A stretch of DNA of 64,000 bases from Adineta vaga. Its lineage: Eukaryota; Animalia; Rotifera. The position numbers and the translations under genes are program-made. The notes beneath the pieces are model-generated. The model did not search any database. It was not told where the DNA came from and saw only the letters and a program-made list of their open reading frames with translations. Location of the stretch: NCBI GenBank assembly GCA_021613535.1, contig CP075496.1:5270001-5334000 (forward strand). The letters are read 5' to 3'. This document shows, one piece after another, positions 1 to 13,518 of this stretch (positions are counted from its first letter, which is position 1; every line of letters begins with the position of its first letter).

Positions 1-798
1 CATCGGACGGAAAGAAGTATTGTAAGTATAGATTCTCCGATCAAATAATGATAAGCATGAGAGTTCTTACATTATTTTTGACAAGAAAATATTCTTTTTA
101 ACTGGACAGAATATATATATTTCTTCGAATGTCTTTATCAATATGAATGCGTGTTCATCATGTTAATGATGGCATGTGAGACCGTGCATAATATATGGGT
201 AGCCAGAGAAGGCACGGCTCACTTGAGACGGATATCCGGTTGGTTTCTCCCGTTTGAAGGGAGAGAGAGAGAGAGAGAAAGAACGAGTCAACTTCAAAAA
301 TGAACTCCTAAAATATAGAATAGAGCAAACTTTTCCATATGGTAAGTTAATTTTAACTCAAATAGAAAGACATATTCAAATATCAATCGATATTCCTTCA
401 AAACCAATTATTAAATTAGCTTTTGTTCGTTTTTAATCACAAATTTTGTTTTCTATCTACATCGATCGCATGCCGATAGAAAATCTATTCTATATCGATA
501 TTTTTTTTTTCTATAGAATTTGTTTTTATTTCATTGCCATTCAAGCTTGAATATCAATATCCAATAAGAACGATTAGTTCGTTGAGTAATTTTTCAAACA
601 AGAAGTATTAGTTATTTCCTTCTCATAGTTTTTACATTAATAATCGGAATAAGAAAAAAAGAACTTAAGGGTAAACATTAATTCCCAAGTGAACATTCAT
701 ATTGAAAAAACGACAGACAGAGACAAAAAGAAAAGAAATTATAGAAATATATATATATATATATCTTTCAGATCAATAAAGCAATGTTCTTTGATTAA

Positions 799-3608
799 AT
801 GGCACATTTTACACGTTTTGTTTTATTTGAAGATAAACTTAGTACAAAGTATGAAATAAAATTAATACGACAAGAAAAATGAAATTTCGTCTTTTATTTT
901 TTTCTATTTAGTTTATTTACATTTATTCTTCCAAGTTCATTTCTATTAGGAACAGAAGAAAAACTAACAACACGAGAATTTATCTGTCGACATGTACCAT
1001 TCGTATTAACATTTGTTAAAAATGGTGATCAAATCAATGCATTTCTACTTCATCGTAGTCGAGATACTGAACGACTTGAAATGACACTTGATCTAAGTAT
1101 TACTCTATTATGTCGAGAACATTTTACACGGAATGAATCATTTACAGAAAAGAACTGTAAATTTACGAATAAAGTTACTTTACATGGACGAAAATCGTTT
1201 ACATCAGTTAATCGTTTATGTTCCGTCGAATATATGGATGAACGTGGAAATATTCAATGTGAACTTGAAATTAAAAATCTTTCGATATCATATATAACTG
1301 AAGTTCAATTAAGTCCACAATTAATCAATCCTCAATATGCACACGTTATTCAACCAATGCACAATCGTCAACCAATCGATGCAAAAATCGAAACACCTTC
1401 ATTCTTCTATTCCAATTATGAATGGAATATTGTTATTCAACCTAAACTTGATAGTGTTGGACAACTTGGACATTTTCGTATGTATCTTCAACGTTTAACT
1501 CAATGTGATTATTCTATTAAACTATCTTATCGTGTTAAATTAATTGCTGGAACGTACACATGGGATTCGTATCAAGAACGTAAATCAGCTAATCCAAATG
1601 ATACGAATACATATGAAATCAATTATACGGATGTTCATGGTCTATGTCGACCATTTCGTATTGATCGTGTTCGAGAATTACTTCAAACAGATGGAAAATT
1701 TACGGTGACAGTTGAACTCAAAGATGCTGTTAGTAAGTATATTGAACAAAAATCATATTTCGATATTGAATAAATCCGGAAGAGGAAATCGAGAAATTTG
1801 AGAGACTTACATAAATACGATTTTAATTACTAGTTTTATGAGAAGAATCTCAAAAACGGAAAAGACTAATGATAGGATGTTTTCATCATTAAAGAAGTCA
1901 ATGTTGAATGTATTAGATTAAACAGCATGTCAAATATATTCTGCACGAACATCAATAGATTAATTGTTTTGATCAACATAAAAACGAAACAAATGTTTAG
2001 AAGATTCAAAAAAAAAAGATTTCATTGATAAACCAAATAGATTATTAATAAGAGAGAGTATCAACGAGTGTTATCCCATAGAGATTCAATGTAAAACACG
2101 ATATATAAACTGTGATTCTTAAAAGTGATCATAAATTATTCTCTATTTCAATGATGATTTGATTTGAGTTTGGTTTTTGAAAGTTTTTTTTTCTTTCTTT
2201 TTAATTTACGGATTACTTTTTTGTTCGCTTGGTTTTCTACTTCCTGCTCGATGTATTTATTCATGCAGATAAAACAGAAGCAAATAGTACCTTTTCCTTC
2301 TTTTTCTACACATTAAATTGTCTATAATAAGTCTTAAGCATCACAATCATTTGATGCACACAGTATTTCCCAGGTCATTGACAAATCAAAAAAATATCTT
2401 CATTCCGATTCGATTATTTTCTTCGTTGTCAAAATTGATAAATCAAGATGAAGTTCATTCATATTTCGATTGTTTTTTTAATGAGTTTTTTTTTCTCTTT
2501 CTCTCTCTTTCTAGCTGTCATTCCAATTATTGTTGATCCATTTGCTCCCAATCCAGTTCCTATTCCATTTCTTGATAAAGATCAACAAGCATGGACTGTT
2601 GAAGCATATATTGAAGAACAATGTTTTATTATACGTTTATACTATTCGGATATATTTAAAATTCCAGTCGATTATATACGTTCGATATGTTTCAATATAA
2701 CTGTTCGAAATTTTAATGATTCAAAAATAACGACGAGTGTTTTTCCTAAACCAGTTACAAAATATTATTCACAAAAAGAAAGTGATGAAGGTTTAGAGAT
2801 CAGTACAACATTGGATGTTGATGAAGTAAGCTTTTTTTCTAGTTCTACTTAGAATTGAACATCATTTTCGGAATTGTTTTTTTTCTTCAGTTAAACGAAC
2901 GTGGATATTTAAACGAACAACAAGGTGTAACAATTGAAATCGAAATCTTCTTTTCTCATCTAATGTATTTACCTGAATATTCACCATTGGATGATATTGT
3001 TCGAAAACAAAAGCAACAGATAATGTACGTTCAAAATTGCAATCATAAATCATATGGCTGTTTTTCTTCTATTTTATCTCTATAGGCGTGAATTACAAAC
3101 AGCACAAAGTGAAAATTTTCAATTAGAAAAGAAAATTCATGAATTACAAATGACTTTACAAAACCCATCTATGTCTAGTCGATTGTCGGATTTTGGTAAT
3201 GGTACACAAAGTGGTTTAAATCCAGGTGCAACACCTGAAGTTGTTCGAAAATATTATGAGAAAAAATATGGTGATAAAAGTTCGACAAGTAATCCGCCAT
3301 TATCAACATATAATAGTGCGACAAGTTTCGATGGCAGTGGACAATCAAATTCTTTACCTATGCGCAATGGTGGAATTGGTAAAGGTCCATCATCATCTAT
3401 TCCTCAACCAAATGTTACCGTGGGTGCACGTAGTTCAACATTTAAATTTCCAACGAAATTACCTGATTCAATACAAAATACGATCAATACAACAAGTCAA
3501 TCATTACAATCCAAATTACCAGCTAGTTTACAAAAATTACCAGCAAGTTTTACCCAAGGACCAACTATTAATATGCTGGCAAATAAATTACAAAATGCGT
3601 TTTCATAG
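799..3608 (+). CDS. Multi-exon uncharacterised protein with tandem MATH/TRAF-like beta-sandwich domains, a C-terminal coiled coil and a S/T/P-rich tail
   Basis: ATG 799; exons ~799-848, 912-1732, 2515-2825, 2891-3024, 3086-3608 join in frame across GT-AG introns. MATH-like segments: LSITLLCREHFTRNESFTEKNCKF...GNIQCELEI and TPSFFYSNYEWNIVIQP...FRMYLQRL...GKFTVTVEL. Coiled coil: RELQTAQSENFQLEKKIHELQ. Confidence 0.7.
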
Positions 3609-4491
3609 AAATAATATTTCGGTTTTTTTTCTTGTGTATTTTATGTTATGTGTGTATGTGTGATACCAATTCTTGAAATTATCCCATTACTGTGATCCCT
3701 TATATTTCTCTAAACGAATTTCAACGAGAAAAAAAAATAGATAACAATATAAAGATTACAATGAAATACGATAAATTTTGATATTAACAAAAAACGACTC
3801 TCAACATAGTGAAAGGACGCTTGAAAATTGTGATGAGTGCCTACTCTTGCTATAAAATTATATTCATTTTATTGGGATTTATTTGTTGAAATAAAACAAA
3901 AAATGAATACCATCTGCTTTTTTCTTTTACAATCTATGAGTTTCTATTTTATTGATTAGACAAATTTTCTTCAAATGACATATGAAATAAATGTTACGCA
4001 CAAAACATCTGTATGATTCAAAGGTTAGAAGAAATTTTCATCAATTATTCATATTTCATAATGATAATGCAAACATTTTCAAGGACATATCTTAGTCATT
4101 CATCGATGATTACGAAATATATACCTAATCAATAGAATCTCATTTTTCATTTCTTTTGATGCCAAATACTTGAATAGAAAAACTTACGTTATTATTATGA
4201 CATTCATAAAAGAATGATATCATGTAAAAAACAAAATTTATTATGGAAAAATTCACATTTTATTTGTATGTCCATTAACATACTATGATTTGATTTAAAA
4301 AAATACAAAATATGCTTTTCATTAGAACAGAAAAAGCAAAATAACAGTTACTGTACAAAGAAAAATTTCCTAGATAACAACGAAACAAAAACAAAAAGAT
4401 GGAAGAATTATTCAAAGGATAAAACAAATAATTTTCTCTGTCATTCTTTGGTATTAAAAAAATTGACATTTAAATTGATTATTTATATCCA

Positions 4492-5790
4492 TTAAACATG
4501 ATTGAGCACGTGTAGATTTCCTGATGATGGATCCGTGGTATTATTATGTTTCTTTTCTATCGTATTCGTATTTCTTGCTTTCTTTAGTCGAGTTTTGCTG
4601 GAAACAGTCATCGATGGTTCTTCATCATCAGCTTCATTTTCGATTGATTGATGTTTTGCATGTTTATCTACGTCGTGATTAGATGACTTTTTTGTTGAAC
4701 GAGATTCAGTAAGAGTTTCTTCATCATCATTATCAATTGCTGTTAATGGTAAAGATTTTGCTAATTTACTTTCAATACCATATGTTTTTGCCCAGAAGAG
4801 AAGATCATCAAATGAATTTTGTTGTGTTGTAACTTTTTTCGATAAATTTTCGAATATTTCATTTAATTCCGTCGTTTGTTTTTGTGTATGCATGGCTTGA
4901 ATGAAATCTAATAAAGTTTCTCGAATTTGATTTAATCGTTCTTCTTCTTCATATTGACACTGTTTAAATATTTCCATGGCTTTATTTCGATAAACTTTCT
5001 GAGCACTTTTATGTCGATGTTTTGTTTCAATAACTTTTTCTTCAATATCACTTAGAATAATTCGTTTCTTATTCTGATCATCATTGGCACGTGCTAAATG
5101 CTTTTCCGTTGTTGATGGATCTAATTCAAGGATTTCACAAGCACGTTCAGCTGTACGTACAGCTTCTTGTGCTTTCTTCTCTTGTGCACGAAGTTTATCC
5201 AATTCATCAGACACTTCACGTAATGATGCATAAGCAGTTTTGAATAATTTCTTAAATTCATTGGATCGACGATGTTTCCGACTAGAACGGAAGCGTTCAC
5301 TTATATATGTTTCATCGATATGTAGACGATATTTGTCAATGACTTTTTCAACTTCATTACTAGTTGCTTCTTTAACACGAGCAAGTTCTTTTGTCATACG
5401 AACAACATCAAGTTGAGCGCGTTTTGTTGTATGATACGAGACAAGAGACGATTGTTGTTTTATTCGTGTCGTCCATCTTTCAGCAAACGAAATAAAGATA
5501 CGAGCTTGTTCGCGTTCGTTATCACGGTAATCTTCCATTAATGCAATCAAATCCATTGCAATACCATACCCTACAAAAGAAAAAAGATAAGAACAAAAAT
5601 CAATTATAAAGAAGAAAATAATCAAATCAAACTTACCGTTATCAAGACGTTCGAGTGCAGCACGGTAATTTTCTTCATCAAAAAAATTCTTTCCAATGTA
5701 TTCATTTAGTGGATAATTATCAGCGTTTCCACTAGTTAATCGATTAGCAGCAAGTGCTTCTTTAAATCCGACACAAGCACCAATATTCAT
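4492..5790 (-). CDS. PACSIN/syndapin-like F-BAR domain protein lacking the C-terminal SH3
   Basis: NFFDEENYRAALERLDNGYGIAMDLIALMEDYRDNEREQARIFISFAERW resembles the PACSIN F-BAR start ([25 protein letters not shown]...W); later EEERLNQIRETLLDF and DDLLFWAKTYG. One 66-nt stop-free intron (5571-5636) is read through by the ORF track. Confidence 0.75.
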   Translation of the reverse strand: MNIGACVGFKEALAANRLTSGNADNYPLNEYIGKNFFDEENYRAALERLDNGKFDLIIFFFIIDFCSYLFSFVGYGIAMDLIALMEDYRDNEREQARIFISFAERWTTRIKQQSSLVSYHTTKRAQLDVVRMTKELARVKEATSNEVEKVIDKYRLHIDETYISERFRSSRKHRRSNEFKKLFKTAYASLREVSDELDKLRAQEKKAQEAVRTAERACEILELDPSTTEKHLARANDDQNKKRIILSDIEEKVIETKHRHKSAQKVYRNKAMEIFKQCQYEEEERLNQIRETLLDFIQAMHTQKQTTELNEIFENLSKKVTTQQNSFDDLLFWAKTYGIESKLAKSLPLTAIDNDDEETLTESRSTKKSSNHDVDKHAKHQSIENEADDEEPSMTVSSKTRLKKARNTNTIEKKHNNTTDPSSGNLHVLNHV

Positions 5791-8700
5791 TGTAGTTTTA
5801 ATTTATGTTAGGAATTTTATCACACGGAACTTTAATTTTATCTGGAATGAAATCGCATTAACCGACAGGTTCTCAATAGAAAGAACGATATTAACAAAAT
5901 GAGTGACACATCAAGTTGCCATATATATATATATATACATAGATATGCATTTTTCCCTCCCTTGAGTGGGAAGAAGTGCAAGCGAAGAGCGAAAAAAAGA
6001 GAAACAGAGAAAGAAACGATGAATTCAGAAGTAAATATGTTGATGATTCATCGAAAACGTAGTGTTGGGGTTGAAGGACTAGATAAAGGAAGATGAAGAC
6101 CTTCGTATCAATTCTCTTGTCGATGAGTAAGGAAGAAAATTATCGACTACTTGTTTTTCATTCTTATCCGCATTTCTAGCATACTATAACTCTCTCTCTC
6201 TCTCTTTCTGACAATTGTCTTTCCTGTTATACAAACTTGTAATTATGCAATAATGTTCTTTCACTTAATTCCATGCAATTAAAGACAAAAGTACGAAACA
6301 GAAAGAGTTTTGTAGTAGTAACGAAAACATTACCTTTATTCTTATAGTTCTTCATCATTACTTAATCTTTCATCAGATTGATGATCAAAAAAGAATACGT
6401 CATAATAACCACCGATGAATCATCATGTCAATAAAATCATATATCATCGACTACCATAACGGGATATTTGAGGTTGCATTACCTACAAATATATTTAGTC
6501 ATCTGTATAGATGATTCATGAACTTAATCTATTGTAAAAAAAAGAGCAAGAAAGATCATATTTATGACTTTCAAAAGCTATTCTCTTATCCGATCATGTC
6601 TCTTCAAACTCCACCCAACTCAATCAACTACTAGAGAAAAATAACGAAAAAAAAACGAGTATCTCTATTCTTTTCTTCGATATGAAAATATCGCTTGAAG
6701 TACAATACATATTACTATACTTGTCGAAACATCTTGATTTGCTTTTACATAAGCATAAGTATGTATATGTACTTGGAATAATTTTTTACTTGATATTACC
6801 TTGAAATTCACTTTCAATCGTCGTTTGTTTGTTCACTACTAAAAAGAGAAGTAGGAATTCTCTTTTTCTTCTTCGTTTTTTTTCTTTATTGCTTATGTCA
6901 CTTGGGTAATTTCCATTTTGACAAAAAAAACAAAAATGAAAATTCTATAATCAAAAAATAAGTCAGTGAAGAAAAAGAAAACCATACAAACTTCAATGCC
7001 AAATAAATTTATTAGTTAGATATTTAGAAACTAAAATTGATTTTCGAGAGATTATATATGCGATTGTTGACTTCATAAATATTTGCGTCACTCATCACCT
7101 TTTTTTCTTTTTGAAAATAGGTGTCAATGGCATATGTTTTCAATCAATCAGCTCTTTTGTGAAAGTTTTTCATCAATAGCCTTGATATTAAACTGCTGCT
7201 ACTGCTTTATAACGACTCTGTTTTTGTTGTAAAATGATCATCTCATGGTCAACAGATGGAAAAGACGTTGTCTTTTTTTTCTTCTTCTTCTTTCTTTGTT
7301 GCCTTTTATGCTCTATACATAGCACAATGGAAGTAATGATCGATACCATCATCGTTCGCTTGGTTACATATCTCAGTCGTAAAGCATATTCATTTTTTAC
7401 AGTTTGTCAGAGACAAAGAATGATCATTATCGTCTATTGCAGACACAGACAATGAAATGCTGATGCAATGCGAATATTATTATTGTTTGAGAAAATGTAA
7501 AGGACATTACATCAGATCCTTGACGAACAAAAAAAAGATTCACAAAAGTTATAGATCATTACGTTTTTTCAATGCAAAAATAAACAAATAGAATCTGAAT
7601 ACTATATTTGGATACAAGGAAAGTTTTATTTAATTCTATCATAATATACTGGGAAAAGATTTTCCCTTGTTGTCGATGGAAAACGAACAATTAGTCTAAC
7701 TAATTACTTTCTAAAGCTGTGAATTGCTTCTTACACACGGAAAGAATTGAGATGTACGCATAGTCGATGATAGCTTAATGATTGAGGAAAAATATTATAG
7801 CTGTATCAGAAATCAGTAATGTCGAAGATCATTTCATTTCGAAAAACTGTCAATCAATGTCATTACCGAGTGATAGTTTACAGATATGATAAAATTCAAT
7901 GATGAATCTTTGCTTATATTTAACCGTACAAGTAAAATTACTTGTTTTAGATATTGAAGGAAGAATTTTCTTGGATACATCTTTAATTCATTTTAAATGT
8001 TCTTCTTAGTGTAGTACAATATTCATAAAATAAAATACGTAATACATCATCGTTTACGTTATTTGTATAATACTTTGAGTATCAATGAATTATTCATATA
8101 ATAATTACGATTTTATCTCTAAAGTGATTATCAACAGTTGACCAACAATTCATGTATAGAAATTGATTGATTATCTATCTGTTGTAGTATAATTAGGAGT
8201 ATCTGATTCTCAACGAGCTGTAATTTTTCTTCTGTGGTATTCAAACATATGTACACATATTAATTGTCAAATACTCAAGTGTATTCTACTGGTTTTTTTT
8301 TATAATATCAAATTTAAAAGTGGGATTGATTTACGACTTAAAGAAAGTAGTACGTATTCATACAAAATACTTTTCGCATGTAACTTCGTATGGTATGGTA
8401 ATCTTTTTTGGAATTTGAATTAAACACGTCTGATTGTTGACTCGATCAAAATGTTATATATCACATGCAATTCAAAAAGAATAAATCTTTGCATCCACGG
8501 AAAAAAACAATTTCTTTCTAGCATATTGTATTGAACTAACAATCTTTTATCTTATAAGTGCAAATGAATATATATATATACCTATGTTAAACCATTTTAT
8601 TCTATTTTTCAATACTCGCGAGAACGTAATGCTTTTATTATAAATAAATAGAACAAAATATAATTTATACAACAATCAGGAAATCATTTATAATACAAAT

Positions 8701-9512
8701 GAACACTTGACAACAATATTAACGCGATTATACTGACTTCTCTGGATAGAAAAATGAACACAATCATTTACATAAAGCATCAACCATTGTTATTTTGTGT
8801 TTACTAGATAGATTTTATTTATATTGAAGAGAAAATAGACATTTTTTTATCTTTTTCAAAAGACTAAATTCAACGATCATAAATATCGAGATTAAACATT
8901 TTTATCTTTTTCTCTGACATTCGGCGCCCTCTTAAACGATTGTTCGTTGTTTGACATCTTCTCTCCTCCAATTGAAATCATGACTCTACCTTTTTTTGTC
9001 TTTTCTGTTTTCTCTTCTCTCATCTCGTTCTATTCTTTTCTCCTTTCGTTTCACACACCTGCTATTCTAACTAAATCTCATTTGATTCTTTTCTAAGAAA
9101 GAAAAAAAACATATTTCAATTCTGTAAGTTACACAAATTACTCATTATTCAATTTTCTTTCACTTCATTTTCTTATAATTATATAAAATCATATATAATT
9201 ATCTACATGTCATTTGCTCGTTCAAAAGAACATACACATATGAATGTATACGTGTTCTAGACATCGACCTATTGATCGATCTCTTACTATTTTGTTCCCT
9301 CCTCTATCGAATAGTCTGCATGTACATATAAAAAAAAGAAAAAGAAGAAAGAAACATTGCTCATTTACGTTGTTGTTGTTCTTCTCTCTCTCATTCTTCC
9401 GTGTGCATCGTTAAAATCATCATCATTATCGTGTATACATTCTTTTTCTCTCTTTCTTTTCTAGTTCTGATAAGATGCATTGTCTGAATAACTATTCAAA
9501 GAATCATATATC

Positions 9513-12500
9513 ATGAAAGTAATTGTAAATTTTGGTGAAAAAAAAGTTGTTGTACCGTGTGGTCCAACTGGTGATTTATATATTCGAGAATTAATTCAAA
9601 CAGCAACAGCAAAATATTCCAAATTAGTAAGTATCAATAATTTGACAGACACTAACCATATGCCCATTGATCTTAAATGTTAGTCATGCAATTATTGATT
9701 TTTTTTCTGTTTCTTTGTAGTCCGCATATAATAATGTTGTTAATTTAAACAGTGAACAAATTCAATTAAGATTGAATAATGGTGCTGTTGTTGATCCTGA
9801 TGATCGAGTTTGCGATGTAGTTGATGATCGAGAAGAAGTAAAATTTTGTCTATTTGATTAAAAGATTATCTAAACGAAATGATTTCATTCTAGTTATTTG
9901 CTGTTGTTGAATCACATTCAACAGTTTTAAATAGCAATGGAGAATTATCTTCGAGTATCACAAGTTCAAATTTATCAACGAGTCTATCTGATCAAGAACA
10001 ACAACGTCCTGGTGTACCACCACCACTTCCTAATTCATCATTATCTAATCGCCATGAAGTCATTGTTACTGATGCTGATCTTCGAAGTATGTATTATTTA
10101 ACCTCTAGTCTTATCATGTTTATCATAAATGATTGGTATTCGTGTAGAATTAAACTTATACGTGTAGATGGAGAAATGAAATGTCTATGAAAAAACACTT
10201 GACAGAATCCTTTTAACTGTTCGTTTTTGCTAAACATGATTGAACTTGTTGGATAAATAGATGAGAATGATGATGTGTCTATGTAATCCTTATGTGTATA
10301 TGTCAACAAATGAATAACAGGCAGTTGAATAAGTCTTCATACTATCAATTTCTATGGTAGTTTTGTTTTCACCATGATATTTTTGTGTGATTAAATGAAT
10401 ATGTATATACATGGATTTGAAACGAACTTATATAAAGCCTTTTAGAAATCGAGAAAATGTTTGCATGAATGATGAAAATATTCGCTTGTAAATGTATTCA
10501 ACATTATTTACGGAGTTTTTCATACGAATATTTTATCTTCATTTAGCTCGATCTTTACGAATTAAAACTGAACCAAATAATATCCATCAAGTAAGAATAG
10601 AAAGTCTACTTTGTTTATTCATTTAAAATATTATTATTCTATTCTCTAGTCGAATGTAATAAATATCAATCGTTCAAATCATTCGCCATCAATTCAATCA
10701 TTAGATAATAAAGGAATGTACAATGTTCACATAGATGAAATAACTGGTGACAAAATCTTTTATATATCCTTACCAAAAGAAAATAGTCCACTAGGTATTC
10801 ATGTTATACCGTACAATACAGATGAAAATCAAGTGAATGGATTACTTTTACAAAATATTGAATCAGATGGACGAATAAAACGGCAAGGTATCTTAGAAAT
10901 AAATGATCGTATTATTGAAATCAATCGAATTAATATTGAACAATGTTCATTTGAAAGGTTAGTTAAATTATTTTCAATAGAATATCATATTTTTCATATG
11001 AATAAACAAAATTTAGAGCTCAATTAATTTTTCGTAATGCAATGTTAGAATCCGAACTTGAATTAAAAATTGTTCGAAAGAAATCTTCATCAACATCATT
11101 CTTTCTAAATAATAAAACAGAAATCAATCAAAATACGAAACGTTTAGGAAAAATTCTTAAAATCATCTTAACAAAAGGATCCGATGGATTAGGTTTTAAA
11201 TTAGCTTCACGTGATAATCCAACGGGTATTGCCAATCCTATTTATGTGAAAACTATTTTCCCGAAAGGTGCAGCTATTGAAGATGGTCGTTTACGTAATG
11301 GTGATCGTTTATTAATGGTAAATTCGATTGATGTTACTCAAATGTCATTACAAGATGCAGTTGGTCTATTACGTGAAACACGTATTGGTGAAACTGTTCA
11401 TTTATGTATATCAAGACAAAATGATGGTTCTTTACCCAAAGATTTAGTAAGTTATTTGTATAAATGAGAAATAGAAAGTTTAAAGAAGAAATCTTGTTTG
11501 ATTTTAGATAAATGATGAAGTTAAAACACAATTGATGACATTTGATATACCATTGAGAGATACATCATCAGCAGGATTAGGAATAACATTGAAAGGCAAA
11601 ACATCGATTATTGATGGACAATCAGTTGATTTAGGAATCTTTGTTAAAAGTATTTTAACAGGTGGTGCTGCTTATCGAGTAAATTTTGATTTTGTTTTTT
11701 GAATTCGAATCAATGAATATTTTAGGATAATCGACTTTATCCAAATGATCAAATTCTTATTATTAATGATTCTTCATTAGTAAATATGTCAAATCTAGAA
11801 GCTGCTGCTATTTTACATGATGCTGTACGAAAAGAAATTCATCCTGGATATATAAAAATAACTATATCACGTGTTCTAAATGATGAACAAGAAAGAAATT
11901 CAAAATATGTTAAAGAAACAGAATTATTACCACCGATAGCAACAACGAATAATGATGAGAATGAATTAGATTTAACAAATTTCGTTCCATTAGTGAATCA
12001 AAAACCTCCAATAAGTAAAAAAATAAACTTATTAATGTTTTTCTCTTTGTATCAATTGATCTGTTATAGAATCCACTAAATCAATTGATTCTGAAAACCG
12101 ATCGACAATGAATGCATCACCTATGAGAAATAAAACAACATTGAGTGAAAAACGTAAGTTTAAATGAATATCAATGTGCGCATTTACTACTTTGATGTTA
12201 TTTTTATTTCAGAAAATCAAGAAGAAATCGTTAATGAAGGGTAAGTTTCTCTTTTAAATTCTATACACATATATCTTAATATTCAATATTAACATCTATT
12301 CTAGTGCAAATCCGTTTGAACGTGAAACTCCATTTCGACAGAGCATTTCTGAGAAACGTCGTTTAACTCAACAACCAAACAATCAAGTTGTTCAATGGAA
12401 ACAACGATCTTTTCACGATGCTCGAACAAATAGTGAACGAAGTAAGTTTAAATCAATCTATTTCAATAGACTTACCATTCAAATCTCTAAATTCAATTAA

Positions 12501-13518
12501 GCTTTTCGTCGTACTAGAATTATTAGTAAACTCTGCTTCTCTAGACTTAATTGCCTATTAAAGACGAAAGATATTTCTTACATTGATATAATGTTTTTCT
12601 TAGGACAACCAGCTCGACCATTACCGGAATCATCAACAAAACTACCACGTTCATCATCCTATGAAAGTATTCATCGTCCAATCGAAGATGAAGAACGTAA
12701 ACGTCAAGCTAAACTACGTAATCGTGCTTGTAATGATTCATTTCGACATGCTGTCGATAAATCCTACTGTCAAAATAATAATCAAGATGGTAAAAATCTG
12801 ATAAAATTCTATTCGATAAAATCAATCGTGTCTGATATTTTTAGAATCCACCAATGGTGATAAAGTTAATAAAGGAGAAAAACAAAAATTTAAATTTTCA
12901 AATTTATTTACAACAAAGTAAATTCAAATATTTTCTCATACCAATCTCAAACTTTCTATGTTTAGATCAAAACGAAAAGAAAATCAAGAAGAACGGTATA
13001 AGAATATAAAAGAACAAAGAAGATAATTTGAATATGTAAACTTTCTCATTTTATTTAGATCACCATCGAATCAAACAAGGAAATCAATTCTTGTTCATTC
13101 TCAATCTTCTCATGACAATCAATCACCATTGTATCCACCTCCACCAGCTCCATTTAGTTCTCGATCAAATTCATCATCATCGAAACCACAAAATGTAAAT
13201 CTATTTTCTTCTAACAAACGATTCGTTTTGTCCGAAGAAATTCTTTAATCGATTTATTATTTTTCTTTTTAGAACGAACGTTTACCGAATGGATTTGTTC
13301 ATCCTTCCAATACACAACAACAAGGTTATCAACCATATCGTTTTGATTCAAATCACATCTCTCACAATTCAACTGTCATTGATCAGTTTACTCCACCACG
13401 TCACGAAGCTCAAATCATGTCTGGTAAATCATCGTTATCCAGTAATCTTCGAAACCAACTCATCCACCAATTCCACGACAATTTCTACAATCAAATATTA
13501 ATGGTACACAATCATTAA
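9513..13518 (+). CDS. PARD3: Partitioning defective 3 (Par-3/Bazooka) homolog: CR1 oligomerisation domain, three PDZ domains, aPKC-binding region
   Basis: N-terminus MKVIVNFGEKKVVVPCG (CR1); PDZ loops PLGIHV, DGLGFKL, AGLGITL; aPKC site FERETPFRQSISEKR; RSSSYESI and RNRACNDSFRHAVDKSY motifs. Many short exons. In-frame stop at 13516-13518, but see the frameshift finding (the alternative tail ends at 13700). Confidence 0.93.

Noticed and set aside
5899-9400. ORFs 5899-6096 and 7234-7455 in the spacer between the F-BAR gene and Par-3
   Set aside because: Low-complexity, microsatellite-driven translations; a donor at 9124 and acceptor at 9464 suggest Par-3 5'UTR/promoter sequence instead.
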